Shown: positions 44,841 through 52,359 of the stretch, piece by piece
How positions within the stretch are numbered: the stretch's first letter is position 1
How the letters are laid out: every line of letters starts with the position of its first letter
Source of the DNA: a virus
Taxonomy: Duplodnaviria > Heunggongvirae > Uroviricota > Caudoviricetes
DNA length: 52,359 nucleotides
IMG/VR virus record: IMGVR_UViG_2706795377_000001
Coordinates: 1-52,359 of that record
Strand: one strand, 5' to 3'
Translations under genes and position numbers: made by a program
The notes under the pieces: model-generated
Told to the model about the DNA's origin: nothing
Database searches by the model: none
What the model saw: only the letters and a program-made list of their open reading frames with translations

Positions 44841-45992
44841 ATGCCATACTCAGATTACTCGTACTTTGACCCACTGCACATTGTATGGAGAAGAGGTACA
44901 CCAGAAGACCCATATCTCGATAGGATTGAATATCTAAAGGTACTCAACCATAAAGTGGTCTTAGCTGAAATCCCTGATAGGTTTACAAGGGTTAAAATAG
45001 CAGGGTTAATAGAGATTAACTACGATGGAGTACCAAAAAAGAATATTGCACCTGATGAATTTTGGGTGAATTATTCTACTGGCGTAATTGAAGTTCATCC
45101 ATCGCAGGAGTCCAACAATCTTAATATCAGCTATAAAGGAAAGGGATTTATTCAGTATCCATCCAGTCGAATCTATCACCAAGACCAATTCAATGATGTT
45201 GTTGAATCTCTCGACAAGATTATTGATAAAGCTATTGATAGTTTGAAAGATGTAGACCATAAAGTATCTGACTATAAAAGTGTTCGAGATAAAATTCTAC
45301 AAGCAATAATTAAAGCTGATGTAGCCGCGACTGATGCGAAAGAGGCAACAGAGGACGCAATTGTAGCTACTGATAAAGCTTTAGACGCTTATGCGACAAC
45401 AAAATTGGTATTCAAACCATTTGTTTACACCTATAATGATATCTTTAAAAACTATCCATCACCAAAAGCTGGTTGGACTACACAGGTTTATGATAGTGGC
45501 ATTAGGTATAGATTTGATGGTATTTCTTGGGTTCCGATTGATTTATTTGGTGGAAACATTCCATTAGCGAATGATAACATCAATGGTCTAATGTCTAAAG
45601 AGGATTATATTAAATTACAAACTTATGATGACAGATTGAAAGAGAGAGTGATTACATTTGTAATTCCTCAGTATCCAGATATTGGTGTTCAGCATATTAA
45701 TGCTAGGTTCCCATTCAAAGGGGAAATTACAAATATTAGAGGTATTTGCGGATATCCAGACGCGACTACAGATACTGAAATTTCGATTCAAAAAAGCAGT
45801 GACATGATTAATTGGTACAACATTTTAAAAAGAAATTTGGTTTTTAGAAGGAATGAACATTTTGACGATGGACTGAAAGACATTCAAACCTTCACTATAA
45901 ATAAGGATGATATTTTCAGACTGGAAATCATGCAATTGGGTCGAGACCTACAAGATGTGACCATTGAAATTATGATAAAAATTGTTCAATAA
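44841..45992 (+). CDS. Baseplate/tail fibre attachment protein (YomF-like N-terminus)
   Basis: RRGTPEDPY...LAEIPDRF...FWVNYSTG...YKGKG..YPSSRI; coiled coil. Confidence 0.65.
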   Translation: MPYSDYSYFDPLHIVWRRGTPEDPYLDRIEYLKVLNHKVVLAEIPDRFTRVKIAGLIEINYDGVPKKNIAPDEFWVNYSTGVIEVHPSQESNNLNISYKGKGFIQYPSSRIYHQDQFNDVVESLDKIIDKAIDSLKDVDHKVSDYKSVRDKILQAIIKADVAATDAKEATEDAIVATDKALDAYATTKLVFKPFVYTYNDIFKNYPSPKAGWTTQVYDSGIRYRFDGISWVPIDLFGGNIPLANDNINGLMSKEDYIKLQTYDDRLKERVITFVIPQYPDIGVQHINARFPFKGEITNIRGICGYPDATTDTEISIQKSSDMINWYNILKRNLVFRRNEHFDDGLKDIQTFTINKDDIFRLEIMQLGRDLQDVTIEIMIKIVQ

Positions 45993-46014
45993 ATAGAAAA
46001 GGGGAATGATATAT

Positions 46015-46554
46015 ATGGCAACACCTATTATTAAATGGTATGATGTTCTTCACGCAAATGAAGTTGTAGCGCCTTTTGACTTCGGTGTAATTGACGCAGG
46101 AGATACCTCACCTGTTTATACATTTAACATTTGGAATAATCGCGGTCTGGCGACAGATGTATCCAAGATGGAAGATTGCACAATTACTACAAGGGACATG
46201 TCTGGTGGTACTGGTGATACTGTAGGCTCAATTGTAGAGGTTGTACGCGACAACTGGTTTCACGCACAGGTAGACTCATTGGGTGAAGCAGACATCGACC
46301 AACCAACTTCTGCAATTGGCAAAGCGTACTCTAAGCCAATTGGTACAACAGGTTCTACAAAGAAAAACAATGCTGGCGCACCAATCACCCCTGTAACTCC
46401 TGCAACACAAGAAATTCTTGGACTCAACAATAATGGGAATCCAGCAGACTCCGCAGGGAACTATGTTACTGTTTCCCTGCAAGCTGATGTTCCTCTAAGT
46501 GCTTCCGCAGGGCGACAAGACTTCAAACTTCGTGTCAGCTATCGCTATGTATAA
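46015..46554 (+). CDS. Hypothetical structural protein
   Basis: Beta-rich, Thr/Gly/Asp-rich; RBS AAGGGG. Confidence 0.65.
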   Translation: MATPIIKWYDVLHANEVVAPFDFGVIDAGDTSPVYTFNIWNNRGLATDVSKMEDCTITTRDMSGGTGDTVGSIVEVVRDNWFHAQVDSLGEADIDQPTSAIGKAYSKPIGTTGSTKKNNAGAPITPVTPATQEILGLNNNGNPADSAGNYVTVSLQADVPLSASAGRQDFKLRVSYRYV

Positions 46555-46557
46555 GAA

Positions 46558-46596
46558 AAAAATGACAGGCTTGAACTTTACAAGCCTGTCATTTTC
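46558..46596 (+). terminator. Intrinsic terminator
   Basis: AAAATGACAGGCTTG...CAAGCCTGTCATTTT. Confidence 0.85.
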
Positions 46597-46612
46597 TATT
46601 ATACTATAAGAA

Positions 46613-46665
46613 CCAAATAAAGTACAAATTACTAAATATAATACCAAAGCCAAATAAAGTACAAA
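46613..46665 (+). promoter_or_regulatory. Tandem operator motif copies 6 and 7
   Basis: CCAAATAAAGTACAAA at 46613 and 46650. Confidence 0.65.
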
Positions 46666-46695
46666 AAATACTTCAATACAATGGAGGTAAAGGAT

Positions 46696-47313
46696 ATGAT
46701 TTTTGCTAAAAGTAATGGTACTCATCCAATTCAGACGCAAGAATTCATTTGGGTAGCAGACTACCACGATGGAACTTCTTTGACTGAGTTTGACTTGCAG
46801 ACGCATACGTCAGACCCATACAGATTCTATTCAATCGACAAAAGTAAGCTGATTCGCTTCGGGCTGATTGGGAACGGCACAAAGATGTTTTTTGAAGTTG
46901 CTAATGGAGTCTTTAATATTAATGGTCATCAGTTCAGAGTATATTACGTCGTAGACGGTAAAGAGTACAACTTGTCTGGTAGTGCATTGATTTATAATGA
47001 CATTATCACATATAAGGATTGTGTGAGTGAAGCAATTCCCTTATTGAGTGCAAGCGAAGGGGCTTTTGACAATAGAATCCTGCAATACAACTACGGATAC
47101 AAGAAAACCCTCACGGTTCACGGAGTAGAATTTAATTATCAAGCTATTGTGTCTGTACCATTTAATAAAGAAGCTTATATGAGCATCAAAATAACACCTG
47201 ACCATGACCTAAATGGAAAGATTGTAATTCGTAGAGGTGGAGCGATTGTAGATGAGTTCGAAGCACCTTTGAAGGCAGGATGTAAAGGGAATATTAATTG
47301 GACATTACGATAA
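46696..47313 (+). CDS. Hypothetical protein
   Basis: RBS GGAGGT; beta-rich ORF. Confidence 0.7.
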   Translation: MIFAKSNGTHPIQTQEFIWVADYHDGTSLTEFDLQTHTSDPYRFYSIDKSKLIRFGLIGNGTKMFFEVANGVFNINGHQFRVYYVVDGKEYNLSGSALIYNDIITYKDCVSEAIPLLSASEGAFDNRILQYNYGYKKTLTVHGVEFNYQAIVSVPFNKEAYMSIKITPDHDLNGKIVIRRGGAIVDEFEAPLKAGCKGNINWTLR

Positions 47314-47327
47314 GAGGTGAAAACAAT

Positions 47328-47669
47328 ATGGCAAATTTAAGAGTTTGGGGAACCAAAAGCATTCGCGGTGATGTGACAATTACGACAGGTGTTAATGACA
47401 CACTTACAGTCGATGTTGACGGTATTGGCTATACAATTATTTTGAGTGGAAAGGCATACAAGACAGTTAGAGAGTTGCATAAATCTGAACTTGTTGACGA
47501 ATTAAACAATGCTTTTATGTCGAAAGGCGTTCCAGTGGAAGTGAAATTGGGCGGAGCATTAAACGACCAAGGGAAAGTGAATTACGTTGTTTTTATTCAC
47601 AAAAACAGTGCTGGTTCAGAGAGAATTGAAAACTTTGCAGGCAATATGAAATCTCTAATCTTTGCATAA
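47328..47669 (+). CDS. Hypothetical protein
   Basis: RBS GAGGTG. Confidence 0.65.
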   Translation: MANLRVWGTKSIRGDVTITTGVNDTLTVDVDGIGYTIILSGKAYKTVRELHKSELVDELNNAFMSKGVPVEVKLGGALNDQGKVNYVVFIHKNSAGSERIENFAGNMKSLIFA

Positions 47670-47684
47670 TTGGAGGTGTAAACA

Positions 47685-49817
47685 ATGGCAAGCTCAAACA
47701 AGTACGCTATTAAGCTTAATGGTTCTAACAATTATATTTCATTGGGAACAGCAGGGTTGCCAACTGGTGACTCTCCAAGAACAGTTGAGTTCTGGATGAA
47801 GCCAGAAGAAAAAGATTCTAATTCTATGATGGTGTTTTGTTATGGTGCATTAAGCGATACAGGTTCATTTGACATAGCCATAAACCCAACAAATGAAATA
47901 TCGTCAAAAGGTAAGGTTGGAGTTCATGCGTATGGAGATTTTTTAATGACCAAGAATGTAGTAATTCCAAAATGGAATGAATGGTATCATTTGGCAGTGA
48001 CGTATGATGGTGGTGGCTTAACAGATGGATTGAAAATTTATATTAATGGCATCAAGCAAGATTTGATGCCTGTCTACGGATATGGTAACACAACTCCTTT
48101 AAAAACAATTGCATCAAATTTCAATGTCGGACGAAGATATGATGGATATTATTATCAAGGAATTGTAGATGAAATTAGACTTTGGAACTTTGCAAGATTG
48201 GAAGCACAAATTATTGCAGATAGGTATAGGGTTCTAATAGGAACAGAAACAGGTCTTGTTGGATATTGGCGCTTTGAAGAAGGTGTGGGTGTATTGGCAC
48301 AAGATTCTTCTGTCTCTAAAAACAACGGAAGCTTGCAAAATGGTGCTTCATTTGTGTCAAGTGAGATAAACCTTCTAAGTGGTCAAAAGGTAGAAGAGAT
48401 TGGTCTTCCTATTGATATTAGTAAGGGAACATTTAATAATATAGTCTACATGAATGGAAGACTTCAACTTAAACCATTATATGAAATTACTACAAGTGTA
48501 GGGAATGACATTGCCTATGTCGGTGAAGGGACAGAAAGTAAACCTTACTTAATTAGAGATGCTTACGATATCTATAAAATGAGATTTCAACCTTACGCAT
48601 ACTATAAGATGATGAATGATGTTGATATGGGGATTTCTCCATTTGATAGTGGTTTTTATTTTGGGTTTGATTTTTATGGTACTCTCGATGGAAATGGTTT
48701 TAAAATAAAGAATTTTAAGCAGTTGGCTAAAAGAAGTTTTACAGGACTTTTCACTAGAATGTATGGGTCATCTTTAGTTAAAAATCTGTTCATCGAAGAT
48801 GCTTATGTCGAATGTATTGGCTACATCAGCGAACAAGGAATTATTGTTGGTCAAATGTATGGAACATCATCCATTAGAAATGTGATGGTAACTGGAACGC
48901 TGAAAACAAGAGGGAAGTCTGGAACGATTTATGCTGGCGTCATTGGTTACATGTCAGGAAACACTACAGTATATGATTGCTATTTTGGAGTGAACATTGA
49001 CCTTGATGAAGCAGGATTGTCAAAAGAATACGTTGGAATTATCACAGGAAGATTAGATGATGGTTGTAAAGCTGAGAGAGTGTTGGTTGAAGGAAACATT
49101 GTTGGAACAGTAAATAACTATAATGTTATTGGCATTCTAGTTGGATACAACTATGCAAGTGGACTAACTGACCTTTACTATAATAAAGACCTTGCTTCGT
49201 TAGGGATTCCTGCAACAAACAATGTTGTCATTGATAATGCAGACAAATCAAATGTCCAGTTACAAGACACTATTCTCTATGAAAGATGGAGCATTGACAT
49301 TTGGCGAATTAAATTATTCTCTAAACCAAAACTAAGAATCTTCGATAGACCAACCCATGCATTAGCTGAGTATGGTGAATGGGAGTCAGATGTTATTGAC
49401 TTAGTAGATAAATACACAGATTTCAAAAATCTTGTTCGAGTTCAAAATGTGTATGAGGGAGCGAATGTTATATTTATGACAAAAACATCTGATGACAACA
49501 TTGTATGGAGTCCATACTCTGCTGTTAATCCAGATGGGAGCATAACAAGCCCAAAAGCTAGATATGTTAGAGTAAAAGTACGAATGTATTCTGGTAGAAG
49601 TAGAGAATCTACTGTCGTTGAAAGCTTTAATGGGAATACACATTACGATAAGACTCCATTCATAACAATCATTGATGGGAAGTTGGCTGTGCAATACCAA
49701 TCTATTTTAGGCTTTACGAAAGAAGATAATTATACAGGTGGCGGTTTTTTATACAAGACAAAAATTCTTGCTGAAAATATAAGACAAATTGATAAATTAC
49801 GAATAAATTCTTGGTAA
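47685..49817 (+). CDS. Putative fibre/receptor-binding protein: LamG domain plus GLUG-like beta-helix
   Basis: TVEFWMKP...WYHLAVTYD...LKIYING...GIVDEIRLWN...GYWRFEEG; LDGNG..IKN..GLF. Confidence 0.8.
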   Translation: MASSNKYAIKLNGSNNYISLGTAGLPTGDSPRTVEFWMKPEEKDSNSMMVFCYGALSDTGSFDIAINPTNEISSKGKVGVHAYGDFLMTKNVVIPKWNEWYHLAVTYDGGGLTDGLKIYINGIKQDLMPVYGYGNTTPLKTIASNFNVGRRYDGYYYQGIVDEIRLWNFARLEAQIIADRYRVLIGTETGLVGYWRFEEGVGVLAQDSSVSKNNGSLQNGASFVSSEINLLSGQKVEEIGLPIDISKGTFNNIVYMNGRLQLKPLYEITTSVGNDIAYVGEGTESKPYLIRDAYDIYKMRFQPYAYYKMMNDVDMGISPFDSGFYFGFDFYGTLDGNGFKIKNFKQLAKRSFTGLFTRMYGSSLVKNLFIEDAYVECIGYISEQGIIVGQMYGTSSIRNVMVTGTLKTRGKSGTIYAGVIGYMSGNTTVYDCYFGVNIDLDEAGLSKEYVGIITGRLDDGCKAERVLVEGNIVGTVNNYNVIGILVGYNYASGLTDLYYNKDLASLGIPATNNVVIDNADKSNVQLQDTILYERWSIDIWRIKLFSKPKLRIFDRPTHALAEYGEWESDVIDLVDKYTDFKNLVRVQNVYEGANVIFMTKTSDDNIVWSPYSAVNPDGSITSPKARYVRVKVRMYSGRSRESTVVESFNGNTHYDKTPFITIIDGKLAVQYQSILGFTKEDNYTGGGFLYKTKILAENIRQIDKLRINSW

Positions 49818-49883
49818 ACTACTAAAGCCATAAAAAGAACTTATATCTCAATTGAATATGGATTTTATTTATGGGGTGATTGG

Positions 49884-50048
49884 ATGATTTTATTTATTTC
49901 AATTATGATTTATCTACTAATTGGATTTTACTTTAAGAAACCAGAAGAATGGAATTTGGCAACAAAAATACTTGTTCATATCTTCTGGCTACCAATAATT
50001 CTTTTTTTAATTATTATAATCCGATTCATTGGCGTAAAAATAATGTAA
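49884..50048 (+). CDS. 54-aa membrane protein with two hydrophobic segments (absent from ORF track)
   Basis: MILFISIMIYLLIGFYFKKPEEWNLATKILVHIFWLPIILFLIIIIRFIGVKIM; RBS GGGGTG. Confidence 0.6.
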   Translation: MILFISIMIYLLIGFYFKKPEEWNLATKILVHIFWLPIILFLIIIIRFIGVKIM

Positions 50049-50064
50049 CTCAGGAGTGATATAC

Positions 50065-50760
50065 ATGACAAGACCAAATACGAAAGGTGTGCTTCGAGAA
50101 CATATCTATGAAATGGAGATTGGAGATTACTTTGCAATGCAAACTGGTGAAGCTGACTTTTCTGGCTCCAATACAGATATTCATCGACTTGATTGGCAAG
50201 CATGGGGAAAAGATGTATGGAAAGAAGAAATTCCAACGTTACCAAATCAAGGTTATACGACTTCCAACGGAGTATTTTATTTTATCAAAGTAGATGATGG
50301 ATTGCTTATCGCTGATAGGAACATTAAAAATTCAATGTCTCATTATCATCTACGGACAAGTGAAAATAATTATATTCAAGGAAGACTTATGACAATTGAT
50401 GGAGTGGCTGGTATAATGCGCGTTCCCACTGGTGGAATCGCGTGGGCTGATGAAAGGGGAAACATTGCGTATGTTCCCCCTAAAAAAATGTCAGGTGGAT
50501 ATCCATTAGATAATGAGTGGGACAAATATATTGTCAAATCAAACTTAGGCGGAAAGGTTGTTCCTAATGACTCAACAGTTTGGAATCATCTGACTCATGA
50601 AACAATCACTCAACAGTTGAAATGCAGAGGCACAACACAATACATTCTTAGAGGTGGAAGTGGCACAGGTTTAAATTTAAATTTTAGAGATTTGTCTGCA
50701 AACCCTTGGGAAGCCTCTTTTAGACCTGTGTTTGATTTTGGGTATAAGAATAGATATTAA
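50065..50760 (+). CDS. Protein with C-type-lectin-like signature
   Basis: IKVDDGLLIADR...NEWDKYI...VWN...LRGG...SFRPV. Confidence 0.7.
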   Translation: MTRPNTKGVLREHIYEMEIGDYFAMQTGEADFSGSNTDIHRLDWQAWGKDVWKEEIPTLPNQGYTTSNGVFYFIKVDDGLLIADRNIKNSMSHYHLRTSENNYIQGRLMTIDGVAGIMRVPTGGIAWADERGNIAYVPPKKMSGGYPLDNEWDKYIVKSNLGGKVVPNDSTVWNHLTHETITQQLKCRGTTQYILRGGSGTGLNLNFRDLSANPWEASFRPVFDFGYKNRY

Positions 50761-50774
50761 GGGGTGTTTTATAA

Positions 50775-52359
50775 ATGGCTCTTACATTGAATAATGATGT
50801 TAATAATTTAAAAATTGGTGATTATTTTTGGGCATATTTCAACTGTATCGACTGGAACTTCTCCTATATTTTTGGGAAGAAGACAAAAGTAGATAGTGAT
50901 ATTAAATACAGGTGGGGTATATCTGACATGGCAACCAAAACAGATGAAGAGGTTGCTGAAAAGTTAATTGACCCAAGTTTATGGACGAAAGAAACAGGTG
51001 GATATTTCAGATTTATTGTTGTAGATACTAAAGAGAATGGTGATGTAATTTGCATAGCAGATAGAAATGTAGCGTACTTTGGAAGCTATCAACAATTAGA
51101 TTGGCAAGATGGTATTATGCAAATAGGAGCAAATATTGATAATTTTTCACTTGCACCTGCAACAAAAAATTTATGTGTTGGTGGTACTGGAATTGCTTCT
51201 GGATATAGCAATGGTCGTGTTGCAAATAATGCATTTGATGACAATCTCTCATCTTACTGGGAAGCAGGACAAAACGCAAAAGTAAGTGAAAGCTGGATAG
51301 GATATAAATTTCCCAAACCTGTGTTGGTTCACAATGTTGGGTTTTCATCAGGCTGGAATCTTTATGCGGGTTTAGGAATACCATATGTTCACTTGGAATA
51401 TTCTGATGATGGAGAGAGTTGGACTAATCTAGCTACATTCGATTATGCAAAATATAATTGGAATGGCGCTGGAAGTACAACTTTACAGTATCTTGAATTT
51501 GACCATAACCATATATCTAGTCATTTGTACTGGAGAATTAGATTTGAGAAAGGAACATCTGTTAGCACTCTTGATGTCTATCAATGTTTAATGTATCAAA
51601 GGATGACTTACAACGGTTCAATATTCACTGATTACACTCCAATTATTACTGCACCCACTAGTTTTAGTAATCCGAATGAAGTAATTCTTGAACAAGACGA
51701 TTGGGACAGGTATATAAACAACTCTGTTGAAGAAATCACAAATGTTTTTGGAGATAATTCAATTTGGAATTGCAAATACCCATCTTTCACTTCAACTTAT
51801 GGATACGATGCTGTTGAGTATGTTGTGATTAGAGGCGGTAATGATGGAGATGTCTCATACGCAAACAAAGTTTCGAGTTATTCAAACTATGGTGAAGGCT
51901 TAACGACTGGTGTAGGATTTAGACCTAAGTTGATTTTAAAAAAGAAAAATTATGTTGAATCAGCAAAGTTCTTTCATAACAATGGTCAATATAAAACGTA
52001 CAGTTTAGGGAAGCAACCTATCTTTAAAGATGTTCCACATATTCCTGATTTTACTCCCGACGACTCTATCACAGTAAGTATACAAAATGGCTTCTCTATC
52101 ATTGCTGATACTGGTACAAAAGCCTACAAACTATTAAATAGGGCAGAAGGAACTTGGCTATCTACAGATATGGAAACTACTGCCGAAATTATTTTTGATT
52201 TTGGCATTGGCAACGATAAAAGAACTGGCGGATATGTTGTTGAATACCTATTTGATGGCAATGGCTACAACTATGGAGAATCTACTTATCAAGGAATTTA
52301 TTGTGCGCCAAGAAATTGGGAGGTTTATGGTTCTGCAACTGGTGCTGAGTGGGTTCTTG
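50775..52359 (+). CDS. Multidomain putative receptor-binding protein (CLec-like with F5/8 discoidin domains), cut by window end
   Basis: Open frame from ATG 50775 to the end; IADRN, AFDDNLSSYW, LEYSDDGESWT, YWRIRF, IRGG...GFRP, PRNWEVYGS. Confidence 0.8.
   Translation, partial: MALTLNNDVNNLKIGDYFWAYFNCIDWNFSYIFGKKTKVDSDIKYRWGISDMATKTDEEVAEKLIDPSLWTKETGGYFRFIVVDTKENGDVICIADRNVAYFGSYQQLDWQDGIMQIGANIDNFSLAPATKNLCVGGTGIASGYSNGRVANNAFDDNLSSYWEAGQNAKVSESWIGYKFPKPVLVHNVGFSSGWNLYAGLGIPYVHLEYSDDGESWTNLATFDYAKYNWNGAGSTTLQYLEFDHNHISSHLYWRIRFEKGTSVSTLDVYQCLMYQRMTYNGSIFTDYTPIITAPTSFSNPNEVILEQDDWDRYINNSVEEITNVFGDNSIWNCKYPSFTSTYGYDAVEYVVIRGGNDGDVSYANKVSSYSNYGEGLTTGVGFRPKLILKKKNYVESAKFFHNNGQYKTYSLGKQPIFKDVPHIPDFTPDDSITVSIQNGFSIIADTGTKAYKLLNRAEGTWLSTDMETTAEIIFDFGIGNDKRTGGYVVEYLFDGNGYNYGESTYQGIYCAPRNWEVYGSATGAEWVL

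Larger units (their letters stand above)
1..52359. mobile_element. Part of a large temperate siphophage/phage-plasmid with SPbeta-like virion gene order
   Basis: Terminase-portal-protease-capsid-tube-tape measure-Dit-Tal order, plus Rep, ParA/RHH and centromere-like repeats; no host housekeeping genes; ends not in window. Confidence 0.88.

Noticed and set aside
46696-52359. Shufflon-type invertible fibre cassette driven by the tail recombinase
   Set aside because: All genes are co-oriented; no inverted partial genes or repeated crossover sites seen in the window

Overview
The whole window looks like part of a large temperate siphophage of a low-GC Bacillota host that is probably kept as a plasmid (phage-plasmid). 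About 1-8.5 kb holds replication, partition and control functions: an HTH Rep, a stand-alone DnaD-N-like protein, ParA plus an RHH partner with TACATGTA arrays, a wHTH protein beside an origin-like inverted repeat, and a divergently transcribed tyrosine-recombinase-fold protein. About 8.6-15.3 kb holds a RecD2-like helicase, a Zn-finger regulator candidate, HU, PIN-PhoH, YonK and a metallophosphoesterase. About 15.4-46.5 kb is a head and tail module in SPbeta-like gene order with no sheath gene. From 46.7 kb to the end is a receptor-binding/fibre cluster cut off by the window edge. No lysis genes, CRISPR array, rRNA or complete tRNA were seen. The main unusual signals are: (1) a non-contractile tail whose hub protein ends in a VgrG/gp5-like beta-spike followed by a PAAR gene; (2) four Fur boxes, one perfect, bracketing an 11-6-11 recombinase-core-like site whose arms recur as a 3-bp-spaced palindrome in front of the recombinase-fold gene; (3) a 13-bp operator repeated 7 times; (4) a Dit gene split in two around a carbohydrate-binding gene; (5) RNA stems able to hide ribosome-binding sites. 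All protein family calls come from reading motifs and gene order by eye; no database searches were run.
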